A stretch of DNA of 64,000 nucleotides from Candidatus Saccharimonadales bacterium (lineage in GTDB: Bacteria > Patescibacteriota > Saccharimonadia > Saccharimonadales > DATKHC01). The stretch lies in the NCBI GenBank assembly GCA_035510465.1, contig DATKHC010000010.1, positions 22,036 to 86,035 of the forward strand, read 5' to 3'. Below the pieces are notes generated by a model. It made no database searches. It was not told where the DNA came from and saw only the letters and a program-made list of their open reading frames with translations. This document shows positions 51,630-60,686 of the stretch, piece after piece. Each line of letters begins with the position of its first letter. The first letter of the stretch is position 1. The position numbers and the translations under genes were made by a program.

Positions 51630-51656
51630 TACGGAATTCAACCTAGATTTCCAGCC
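51630..51656 (+). repeat. tRNA-3'-like repeat, array 2 copy 4
   Basis: TACGGAATTCAACCTAGATTTCCAGCC, 3 mismatches in 27 bp. Confidence 0.88.
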
Positions 51657-51665
51657 TTCATAAAC

Positions 51666-52094
51666 CTAATAAGGTGTGTCCTGCCAACTGCTTACCGACA
51701 CCTGAGGTGAGGTGGCATTTACGGTTATAGTAATTTGGTGATAGTAGCTGGTGTAGCCGTTAACTACGCTGCCAAGTGAGCTAATTGAATAGTTCGGGTT
51801 TGTGCCGGATATAGTGTAGTTGCAAGTCTCATTAATACTTGAGTTAAGTGTTTGGGAGCCACTGAGCGGGCTAGGGGAGCCTGGGCTCTGTTGGATAGCT
51901 AGTAGGGCAAGCTGCGCGCAACCGCCTGAAGCAGCTTTCGCCTGAACATTGCCATCTACAGCCCCGGATGAAATACTTGAATTCTGACCGCTCAGAAGCA
52001 GAAAGGCTGCAGTGGTTACCGCAATTACACCTAGCACTAAAACTGTTATCAGGACTATGTAGCCTTTTTCTTGGCTGTTATTTATTCTACTCAT
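51666..52094 (-). CDS. PilX-like minor pilin
   Basis: G/YIVLI prepilin-like site lacking E5; A..AA.G pattern. Confidence 0.7.
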   Translation of the reverse strand: MSRINNSQEKGYIVLITVLVLGVIAVTTAAFLLLSGQNSSISSGAVDGNVQAKAASGGCAQLALLAIQQSPGSPSPLSGSQTLNSSINETCNYTISGTNPNYSISSLGSVVNGYTSYYHQITITVNATSPQVSVSSWQDTPY

Positions 52095-52648
52095 GGCAGT
52101 GTTGCGGCACCGTAGAAAGTTTTTACGTAGTTATACTCAGCCAAGCTTGAGCCGCTTTGGTAACTGAGAGTGAAGTGGAACAATATTGAGCCCTTAGTGT
52201 TGAATAAACCCTCATTGATAAAACTAAGCCCAGATAAATTTACATGTGAGCTTGTTAAATAGGTAACGTTAGCTGGACTGCCTTCGCTAAGCCTCAGTCG
52301 GTTGGTTGTACCGTCGTTATAGGAGTCGAAAACTGTTGGGTTATTGCCGGCGTCCACTACGGTCAGACTAAGCATAGTGTCGGAATTTGCCATTGCTGGA
52401 TCATTAATCGAGCTAGCGTTTCTGATCGTTTGGTCAATTAGGGATACATTAGACTCTCCTTGGTAATTAACTTCTGCTATGGCCTCCGATTTAACCCTTT
52501 GAAGCGAAGTTATCGCCGCCAAACCTACAATCGCTCCAATAACCAGTGAAAATATCGCAAGATACAGTAGAACTTCAGCCAAAGTAAATCCAGATTGATC
52601 GTTTGAGTTGGATAAATCTTTTAATCGGTTCATGTTGGTGCTGTCCAA
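52091..52648 (-). CDS. Minor pilin (PilW-like)
   Basis: G/FTLAEVL; IRNA. Confidence 0.8.
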   Translation of the reverse strand: MDSTNMNRLKDLSNSNDQSGFTLAEVLLYLAIFSLVIGAIVGLAAITSLQRVKSEAIAEVNYQGESNVSLIDQTIRNASSINDPAMANSDTMLSLTVVDAGNNPTVFDSYNDGTTNRLRLSEGSPANVTYLTSSHVNLSGLSFINEGLFNTKGSILFHFTLSYQSGSSLAEYNYVKTFYGAATLP

Positions 52649-53085
52649 TTACTAAAAATAGTCGTTGCGCTAACTTGAGGGGTCTCCTGAGCGCTTTCAA
52701 CCCAAGAAACTGTAACTTTGGCTTGTCTCGTTCCATCCGGGCCCTCGGAAAAAACTATGGCGGGGGTAAATATATTGTTCATCGCCGTTGGAGTAGTTAT
52801 CAGGCTCCATTGATTCGATACAGTGGTCAGGTAATATGTAGTTCCGTCAGTGTAGTCAGCCAAGTTTGAATAAGAACTTTGAGCAATGTTGGATACTGCT
52901 TCGATAGCAGCGTTGGCAATTTCTGCACCGTTATAAGCGTCACCAGCCAAGGCCGTGGCCTGACGTCCGTAAACGAAAGCCGACAAAATAATCAAACTAA
53001 TTATTCCAAAAATAGCAGTGGCCAAGATAATTTCAATTAAAAGTAAACCTGCTTGGCTTGAGTTAAACCTGCGTTTGGACTTCAT
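52630..53085 (-). CDS. Minor pilin (PilV-like)
   Basis: G/LLLIEII; VTVSW. Confidence 0.78.
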   Translation of the reverse strand: MKSKRRFNSSQAGLLLIEIILATAIFGIISLIILSAFVYGRQATALAGDAYNGAEIANAAIEAVSNIAQSSYSNLADYTDGTTYYLTTVSNQWSLITTPTAMNNIFTPAIVFSEGPDGTRQAKVTVSWVESAQETPQVSATTIFSNWTAPT

Positions 53086-53549
53086 CAGTAATCAACCATG
53101 CCTTTAGAGTTAACGCTGATCGTAACGCTTTTATTTGACGAGCTTAGATTTATAGAAGCAGGTGATGACGGGAGCCCATAAAGAGCCGAGTAATCAATCT
53201 CGGTCGTACCTGAGGTACTTATACTAGCTGGGATTGTGTAGTTGAAGTCATATGCGGAATTTCTCGATGCGTAAGTATTGCCACAAAAAAGCGTAATAAC
53301 CGGGTTATTTATAGCTACCCCCCAACCACAGCCATGAGATTCACTGCGGCTGTAAATTTGAGCCTGGTAGAGATCCTGGACTAAAATATCCGTTGCTAAA
53401 TCAACTGCCCCATTCTTTTGAGCGCTTGCATAAAAGGGCGCCGCTATAGCGACAATAATACTTATAAGTGCAGTTACAAGTATTACTTCAATTAGAGTAA
53501 AGCCGCCCCCAGCGGCCTTTTGGTTCCCGCTCGCGCTTGAACTAGCCAC
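53085..53549 (-). CDS. Minor pilin (FimT/GspH-like)
   Basis: G/FTLIEVI; L..AQ..S. Confidence 0.8.
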   Translation of the reverse strand: MASSSASGNQKAAGGGFTLIEVILVTALISIIVAIAAPFYASAQKNGAVDLATDILVQDLYQAQIYSRSESHGCGWGVAINNPVITLFCGNTYASRNSAYDFNYTIPASISTSGTTEIDYSALYGLPSSPASINLSSSNKSVTISVNSKGMVDY

Positions 53550-54798
53550 TGGCGTTTAGGTTTCCTATTAAGCTGTAGATCGGCAAGAAAACTCCAAGCG
53601 CTACAAATAGGACCCCAACCGCAATAATCACCAAGATAATTGGCTCAAGTAGAGTTTCAAGATTATGGGCTGTGATATCCGCCTTATCCTCATATGACTC
53701 GCCAATTTTCAGCAAACTTTCTGACAGAGTACCCGATTTCTCAGCGCTGACAACTATCTGACAGATTGCTCCTGATAACATTTGACGATTCTTTTTGTTG
53801 GCCAAAATTTTAGCAAAAGAATTACCGACATCAATCTGGTTACTTAGGTCATAGGCAAATACTTGGTAACGTCTGGTGACCATTGATCCAGACAGAGATT
53901 GCAGGGCAGCCACGACCGGTAAACCCGCCTCAAGTAAAGTGCCAAATATATATCCGAAACGAGCTATCTCTGTTTGGAATAGAAGTTTCTTTATTCCGGG
54001 GATGTGAAACATGATAGCCTCCGAAAAAGCTCTAACTCTGAATGAAAGTTTGACTGCAAAAATGAAAGCCACGACCACAATAGCCACAGTGACTGCGAAA
54101 ATTACGCCCCAATGAGCGAAAAAACCACCTATAGCAATCAATCCTCGCGTGATTGGACCAACCTTAACTTGCAAGCTATTAATAACGCTAAGTAAACGGG
54201 GGAGTAAGAATACTCCGACGCCAGTGCCAACAGCGAAAAGTAGACAAACCAAGAAAGCAGGGTAGAGCATAGCTGATTTTATTTTCGAGGACATGACGTT
54301 ATTCTTGTGAACCTGATCAGCAATGACTTTTAGGTTCTGTGGCAACTTACCAGTAGATTCGCCAATTAGGATCAAAGTCACCGCGGACTGGTTGAACAAC
54401 CTGGTCTGCTCGATGGCCTGAGAAAAAGGCATACCCTCGTCAACCTGCTGACGAATTTTTAAAATTGCGCTTTTGATTTTTGGTTTCGAGAGTTCTGTCG
54501 CTATAGAATCCAGCGCTTCTCCAACCGAAACTCCCGCTGTTAACATCATGCTTAAGTTACCAATGATATACTCTGTATCCTCTCGGCTGATGCCTCCAAA
54601 TATCCGTTTTCTGGGGATTTTAGCTCTCAATTGATTAAGCTGCTGACCAAGTGAAGCATCAGGGTCTTCTACAGCTTTCGCTATGGGGTCAATTGTGGTC
54701 GGATTTTGGGCTTCAACTTCAACACTTTTTGGTAGTGGTGGTCCAGCCTGGCCAATAGGTGCGCTTTTTTCTGGTATTTTTGCTTTTTCGACATCCAT
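53542..54798 (-). CDS. pilC: Type IV pilus/T2SS platform protein (PilC/GspF)
   Basis: GE.TG.L, AMLYP, AEKSG.L, LLEP. Confidence 0.9.
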   Translation of the reverse strand: MDVEKAKIPEKSAPIGQAGPPLPKSVEVEAQNPTTIDPIAKAVEDPDASLGQQLNQLRAKIPRKRIFGGISREDTEYIIGNLSMMLTAGVSVGEALDSIATELSKPKIKSAILKIRQQVDEGMPFSQAIEQTRLFNQSAVTLILIGESTGKLPQNLKVIADQVHKNNVMSSKIKSAMLYPAFLVCLLFAVGTGVGVFLLPRLLSVINSLQVKVGPITRGLIAIGGFFAHWGVIFAVTVAIVVVAFIFAVKLSFRVRAFSEAIMFHIPGIKKLLFQTEIARFGYIFGTLLEAGLPVVAALQSLSGSMVTRRYQVFAYDLSNQIDVGNSFAKILANKKNRQMLSGAICQIVVSAEKSGTLSESLLKIGESYEDKADITAHNLETLLEPIILVIIAVGVLFVALGVFLPIYSLIGNLNASG

Positions 54799-56495
54799 TA
54801 TCTGGGTTCCGCTACTCTAAGCAATTCTTGAAGAGTCGTCAGACCGGTTTGAATTTTCTCAATCCCATCTTCGAACAAAGTATGATCACCTTGTTTTTTA
54901 GCTAGGCGTTCAATTTCGACAGTTGAAGGATTCTTTAGGATAAGTTCCTTCATTTCTGGGTTTATACTAATTAGCTCAAAAATAGCTGTTCGACCATGAT
55001 AGCCCGTGAAGTTACAGCCATTACAGCCCTTGCCCTGATACAGCGTTACTTTGGGTGTGTGAAAGTACGTATCGGCGTTGGGTAGGTATTCTCTTATAAC
55101 TCCTATGTCCACACCAAAGCTATAGCGGCAGGCTGGGTGAATTGTCCTAACCAGTCGCTGAGCAATAACTAGGTTAAGTGTGCTGGCAAGCAGGAAAGGC
55201 TCCACGTCCATATCAAGTAAACGAGGAATAGCTGCTGCAGCTGTATTGGCATGAAAAGTAGAGAATAGGAGATGCCCAGTAAGAGCGGCATTAACGGCCA
55301 GCTCAGCCGTATCATTGTCTCTGATTTCTCCCACCAAAATAACATCGGGATCCTGCCTAAGCATTGCCCTTAGTCCTTCGGTAAAGTTTATGTGCGTTTG
55401 TTGGTTTACTTGGATTTGGTTAACCCCGACTATCTTGTATTCCACCGGATCCTCGATCGTCGTGACGTTAATTTCTGGGTTGTTAAGCATTTTGATCATT
55501 GAATAAAGTGTGGTGGTTTTGCCTGATCCTGTTGGTCCGGTAGTAATGATCATGCCATAAGGCCTGTGAATCTGTTTGTCTAAAATGGTCTTGTCGGCTT
55601 TAGAGAGCCCAAGGCTCTTAACACTTATCCCCTTAGAGTATTCAGCTAGGATCCTAAGCGCTGCTTTTTCACCGTCTAGCGTTGGTATTACAGACATACG
55701 AACGTTCACAGGTTTACCGTCGATCTTATAGCGAATAGCACCGTCTTGGCTCATGTTGTGTTCATCAATTCGCATATGTGCCTGGACTTTTAGACGGTTC
55801 AAAATATTGTCGTAATACTGCTTGGGTAGCTGACCGGCATCGTGCAGTACTCCGTCAATTCTAAAGCGGATCAGAACAATCGATTCTTGTGGCTCGAAGT
55901 GTATATCTGAGACTTTGAAAGCCGTAGCATCCTTTAAGATTTCATTAATAATCTCTGGTGCTACTCGGTTTTGCTCCTTCAAGATTTGATTGAACCTGGT
56001 AACCAGTGGCTTCCTGTAATGAATTAAAACTTCATTAAGGTCATCCGGCATGGCATAGGCGATTTCGATCGGCCGACTGTCACCGAAGATTCGTTTTAAT
56101 TCCTCAAGTAGCCCAGTTTGGCGAGGATTATCGGTTGCTACAGTTAGGATATTGGTATCACTTTTGTATACGACAACCCGATACTTCTGGCCGACTTCCG
56201 GGGAAATCATACTTATATATTCCTTGGTGGGCTGAAAGACCCCAAGATCCGCAAACTCTACGCCGTAATATCTAGCCAAAGTTTGGCCCATAAGATCATA
56301 GGCAACAATATTTTGGTTCAGTAAATAATCAAACAGACTGATATGGTGGGTAGCAATATAGCCTTCTGCCATTTGCAGCTCTTCATTACTAAGAAACTGC
56401 CCCTTAATCAGTAACGATTTTAAGAGATTGTCGTCTTCCGGCACCAACTTCGGTGCAGTTTTCAGGTTTTGTGGCTGATTTATAGACTGATCCAT
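54798..56495 (-). CDS. pilB: Type IV pilus assembly ATPase (PilB/GspE)
   Basis: SDIHFEP, GPTGSGKTT, EDPVE, LRQDPD, GEIRD, GRTAIFE. Confidence 0.92.
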   Translation of the reverse strand: MDQSINQPQNLKTAPKLVPEDDNLLKSLLIKGQFLSNEELQMAEGYIATHHISLFDYLLNQNIVAYDLMGQTLARYYGVEFADLGVFQPTKEYISMISPEVGQKYRVVVYKSDTNILTVATDNPRQTGLLEELKRIFGDSRPIEIAYAMPDDLNEVLIHYRKPLVTRFNQILKEQNRVAPEIINEILKDATAFKVSDIHFEPQESIVLIRFRIDGVLHDAGQLPKQYYDNILNRLKVQAHMRIDEHNMSQDGAIRYKIDGKPVNVRMSVIPTLDGEKAALRILAEYSKGISVKSLGLSKADKTILDKQIHRPYGMIITTGPTGSGKTTTLYSMIKMLNNPEINVTTIEDPVEYKIVGVNQIQVNQQTHINFTEGLRAMLRQDPDVILVGEIRDNDTAELAVNAALTGHLLFSTFHANTAAAAIPRLLDMDVEPFLLASTLNLVIAQRLVRTIHPACRYSFGVDIGVIREYLPNADTYFHTPKVTLYQGKGCNGCNFTGYHGRTAIFELISINPEMKELILKNPSTVEIERLAKKQGDHTLFEDGIEKIQTGLTTLQELLRVAEPR

Positions 56496-56593
56496 ACCCG
56501 TTTCAAATCATTTGGATTTTAATAAATACACCCAAACTTTTTTTCTAACATAACCATTATATCTCAAGGGCCACACCAGTCATACATTCTTTA

Positions 56594-57802
56594 ATGCAAT
56601 TAGTGCATAATGTTATGGATGAGGCAGCAAAAGTGGACAGAGTAGACCTATTAATAGTCGTTATCTTGATATTCGCAGTACTAAGAGGGGCTCGCTCAGG
56701 TTTTATACAGTTAATTTTCTCAACTACCGGCTTTTTAATTGGGCTTTTTTTGGGTTCTTGGATATCAGTCAAACTACTTAAGTCTGTGAGCGTCCCAGTG
56801 ACAAAACTTCTGCTTATTCTTGTAATTGAGGTGGCCCTAACTATAACTTTCTCTTGGTTGGGCGAACTAATTGGAGTTCATTTAAGTCGGAACCTCAATA
56901 AGATTCATCTCTCTCGGCCAAATCAAATATTTGGGAGTATTTTTGAGTTTATTGCGACCCTGGTGATCATATGGTTGGTGGCGTCTGGTTTAACACATGT
57001 CTCAGCCGATAACATCGGTTACTACACTCAGAGGTCTCTGATAGTTCGATCAATCGACAAAACCCTACCTCAAGCGCCAGATCTATTTGCAAGGGTAGAG
57101 AGAGCCCTTACGCCAAACGGTTATCCTAACGTGTTCGTTGGTCTTGAGCCCAATCACACGACGCTCCCTCCAACCAATCCTATTAATAACCAGGCTATTT
57201 CAGCCGATGAAGCCTCGGTTGTAAAAGTAGAGGGAAGGGGATGCGGCGGAACTGTCGAGGGTTCCGGCTTTGTTGCTGCAAAAGGTATCGTGGTCACTAA
57301 TGCCCATGTCATTGCAGGCATACCAAACCCCAGTGTAATTGATGGCTCTGGTAGTTTCCCGGCAACCCCTATTTGGTTTGACCCAAATTTGGATTTAGCG
57401 GTACTTAGAGTTAATGGATTAAGTGACAAATCAATTAATTTGAGCTCTTCCACGCTAGGTTACAGAGATCCTGGCGTCATAATGGGCTTTCCGGGCAACT
57501 CAAGCGCACTTGTAACGGGGAATGCGACCATAATTGATCAAGTAGACGCAATCGGGCAAAACATATATAACCAGGGCCAAGTTAGCCGACAAATTTATGA
57601 GCTTGAAGCAAACGTTGAACCAGGCAATTCAGGTGGACCTTTAATCGACTCTAACGGCGACGTTGCGGGAATAGTTTTCGCAAAATCTCAGAACCAACCG
57701 GAAGTCGGTTACGCCTTAGTAATAAACGATATTAAATCTGAACTTACGCAAGCTGAGAATCAAAATTCTCAAGTTACGGTAGGTGAGTGTACTAGCGACT
57801 AG
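56594..57802 (+). CDS. MarP-like membrane serine protease (CvpA-like TM domain plus trypsin domain)
   Basis: Four TMs, GSGF, TNAHV, DLAVL, GNSGGP. Confidence 0.88.
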   Translation: MQLVHNVMDEAAKVDRVDLLIVVILIFAVLRGARSGFIQLIFSTTGFLIGLFLGSWISVKLLKSVSVPVTKLLLILVIEVALTITFSWLGELIGVHLSRNLNKIHLSRPNQIFGSIFEFIATLVIIWLVASGLTHVSADNIGYYTQRSLIVRSIDKTLPQAPDLFARVERALTPNGYPNVFVGLEPNHTTLPPTNPINNQAISADEASVVKVEGRGCGGTVEGSGFVAAKGIVVTNAHVIAGIPNPSVIDGSGSFPATPIWFDPNLDLAVLRVNGLSDKSINLSSSTLGYRDPGVIMGFPGNSSALVTGNATIIDQVDAIGQNIYNQGQVSRQIYELEANVEPGNSGGPLIDSNGDVAGIVFAKSQNQPEVGYALVINDIKSELTQAENQNSQVTVGECTSD

Positions 57803-57814
57803 GCGGAATAAAAC

Positions 57815-58180
57815 TTAGGCTCTAGGGAGTGGTTGGAGCATACCAAATTGATTACCTTCGGTATCAAAAGCGTAGGCAAAGTCTCCTATGCCCGGTATGT
57901 TTTGCTTTTTGCCTTTTATTTTGCCACCAGCCTCCACTACTTTTTTCATCATTTCGTCTAAGTCATCGACAGCAATCGTATTAATAACCGGTTGTTTGCT
58001 GTTGCCCCTGGGCATTATTGCTCCGTCGATGCCCATGTCTTTTTCATCTCCAGTTTTAGCTAGCCAGTACTCCATGCCCGACATACCGGAATTACTAATC
58101 GTCCAGCCAAAGACCTCGTAGAACTTTTTTGCTCTGCCAACATCATCGGCTGTTATTTCAAAGTGGACTACTCTTCCCAT
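57815..58180 (-). CDS. VOC/glyoxalase family protein
   Basis: VVHFEI, FY..FGW, DTEGN.FG. Confidence 0.9.
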   Translation of the reverse strand: MGRVVHFEITADDVGRAKKFYEVFGWTISNSGMSGMEYWLAKTGDEKDMGIDGAIMPRGNSKQPVINTIAVDDLDEMMKKVVEAGGKIKGKKQNIPGIGDFAYAFDTEGNQFGMLQPLPRA

Positions 58181-58252
58181 ACTAAACTCCTTTTATTTAA
58201 TAAAGTTGATAGTTTTAGAGTTTAACGCCATTTTAAATGTTTGCAATAGAGC

Positions 58253-60430
58253 TTAAGACTGAGCGGGTAAGAGGGGAGTAGTTTGGGTAACATTTGGCCT
58301 ATTGATTGGTAGGCGGAAGCCAAAAGTCGAACCTTTATTAATCTCACTTGAGAAGATAAGGCTACCACCCTGATCTTCAACTACTCGTTTAACTAAATAA
58401 AGGCCTATGCCCGTACCGCTTGGGCGGTGTTTACGGGCATTGTCCGCTCTGAAAAATTTCGAGAACAACTTCTGCTGCTGTTCTTGTGGGACACCAATTC
58501 CATTATCGACTACTTTAAACGTTATGTACTGGTCATCAGCGTCTAGGTAAACATCAACGTTGCCCTCGGGAGTGTATTGCAGAGCATTGTTTATTAAATT
58601 CATTACTGCTTGGCCAGTTTTTTGAGCGTCAATATTTACAGTTGGGACAGTCTTATTTGGCTCGTGAAAGACAAGCTCGCTTTTTTGCGTATTAGCAAGA
58701 TTTTGCAGATTATCTACTTCTTTAGTAACCAATTCCTTAAAATTCGCTGGTGCTATCTCGAGTACAAACTTACCGGCAGTCATCCTGCTTATATCAAGCA
58801 GGTCAGTTAGCAGGCTTCTCATGACACTGGCCCGTTCCTTCGCCATCTTCAAAGGACCGCTCAGTTTCTTGGTTATTTTCCCGTAAGCACCCTGATTAGC
58901 TAGGGTTAGGTAGCCATCGATAACAGAAAGAGGAGTTCCTAGTTGGTGAGATGCCATTGATATAAAATCGTTTTTAGCAGCATCGTCTTCCTTTAATTTT
59001 TCGTTTGCAGCACGCAACTGTTCGGTCGCTTCATCAACTTTAGCTTGCAAAGACTCACTAAATTGTTGGATCTGGGTATATGATCTGCTGTTCTGAACAC
59101 CAACGGCCAGTTCGTCGGCGATAGTCTGAATTAATGCGATTTCATGTTTAGTATAACTGGCTCCACTAGTCTTATAACCCAGGATCAGATAACCTACCAC
59201 TTCCTCCTGGGCTTTCAAGACTACGAAGACACTAATACTCCTTCGAAGCATAACCTTCTTTTGCTCGCTCTCGGGGAGATCATCAACAACTAGAATATTT
59301 TGTCCGAGCAAGGCCAGGTCATTTTCAAAAGCAGGTAGATCTGCTCCGAAATAATTTTGTGATTCAAAAAAGATGTGGCCATTATCTAAAATGATAATGT
59401 CCGCCACTGTGTGTATGTTTTGATTAAGCATATTAACTACTTGGCGGCCCAAGACTTCTAGACGAATTTCCGAAGCTAGGATTCTACCTACTTTGTTTAA
59501 CAAGTCTTCCGGGTCTAAACGATCACGAAAAAAAATCTTTGAGGTGGCTTTCTCTATACCACGAGTTAGCGGACGGAAAGAAAAGGCAAGGATCACAGCG
59601 GGTATTATCAAATAAGCTTCCAGCGAGCCATTTAACTCGTGATTGGGTAACAGCAACTTGCCCAAACCTAGAATAATCAGAACATAGAGGCCTATGACTA
59701 TCGAGACCGTTAGGGCATAACCTATTGAACGTAGTAGAGCTGATCTAATATCGAACATTTTTTGACGAAAAACCGCCAGGGCCATCGCGGAAGTGAAAAT
59801 CAAACCTGCTGGAGCTGAGACAATTGAACGCAGACTATAGAAATGAAATTCTGGTAAAACTACCTGGGCAAATAGAATCACCGACAAAGCACCGCCGATA
59901 CCGTAAATCATAATCCGAACCTGCAGCTTAACCTTATTTTCAGACTGTCGGCTGTGAAATAGTAAAACTACAAAGCAAGTCGTAAAGATTGCCATTATAT
60001 AAAGCAAGTTGATCCAAAGTAGGGGACCGTAGTTAGTTACGAATCCACTCGGATTAAGAATTTCAACCGACTTCATGGTTATAGGGAATAGAGTTAGGAT
60101 CGCCAGTATCGGTGCCGTTATATAGGTGGCTTTTGGAAACCATGGCAACCTTGGTTTCCACCCCGTAAAGGCTAGCGTAAACCTATAAAAACTTGCACAC
60201 AGAATGTCACCAAAAATTAGGGCCGCTCTTATCAGCCAAATGGTTTCAGTAGCTGAATGAGAAAATTCAGCAATGTTAGATAATCCAACCGCAACGAAGA
60301 CGCAAAATCCAAATAGTAGAAAAGCTTGGTTTAGATTGGAGCGTATGCCTTTGATAGCAACCAACCCGAGAATTATTATAACTCCACCTAACGACAAAAA
60401 ATATAAGATGATTTCTAGTATTTCTGTCAC
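58253..60430 (-). CDS. Membrane sensor histidine kinase (multi-TM sensor, GAF-like region, HisKA, HATPase)
   Basis: ASHQLGTP, NLINNA, DNGIG, GTGIGL, GSTF; no response regulator adjacent. Confidence 0.9.
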   Translation of the reverse strand: MTEILEIILYFLSLGGVIIILGLVAIKGIRSNLNQAFLLFGFCVFVAVGLSNIAEFSHSATETIWLIRAALIFGDILCASFYRFTLAFTGWKPRLPWFPKATYITAPILAILTLFPITMKSVEILNPSGFVTNYGPLLWINLLYIMAIFTTCFVVLLFHSRQSENKVKLQVRIMIYGIGGALSVILFAQVVLPEFHFYSLRSIVSAPAGLIFTSAMALAVFRQKMFDIRSALLRSIGYALTVSIVIGLYVLIILGLGKLLLPNHELNGSLEAYLIIPAVILAFSFRPLTRGIEKATSKIFFRDRLDPEDLLNKVGRILASEIRLEVLGRQVVNMLNQNIHTVADIIILDNGHIFFESQNYFGADLPAFENDLALLGQNILVVDDLPESEQKKVMLRRSISVFVVLKAQEEVVGYLILGYKTSGASYTKHEIALIQTIADELAVGVQNSRSYTQIQQFSESLQAKVDEATEQLRAANEKLKEDDAAKNDFISMASHQLGTPLSVIDGYLTLANQGAYGKITKKLSGPLKMAKERASVMRSLLTDLLDISRMTAGKFVLEIAPANFKELVTKEVDNLQNLANTQKSELVFHEPNKTVPTVNIDAQKTGQAVMNLINNALQYTPEGNVDVYLDADDQYITFKVVDNGIGVPQEQQQKLFSKFFRADNARKHRPSGTGIGLYLVKRVVEDQGGSLIFSSEINKGSTFGFRLPINRPNVTQTTPLLPAQS

Positions 60431-60686
60431 GGTAAAACTCTGTTTTGATTGTTCAATTTAGCTCGCACTCTAAATAACGCTAAAGTTTATTCTTAAAGAT
60501 CATTATATTTACACAGTCTATACTTCTCAAGCACACTTCCGCTTTCATGACTCACATTATGGGGTGACTTTATACAAATGTAGTTATGATTAGTTCGCCC
60601 TAACCTATATAATTTTTCTAAGACAGATCGTCGGTTTGTTAATATAGAAGCTGATAAACGGGTCATCTCAAAAAAGCGAAGCCTAA

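Noticed and set aside
49359-51656. CRISPR array interpretation of the 30-bp direct repeats
   Set aside because: Intervening segments are 560-900 bp and contain genes; no cas genes in the window
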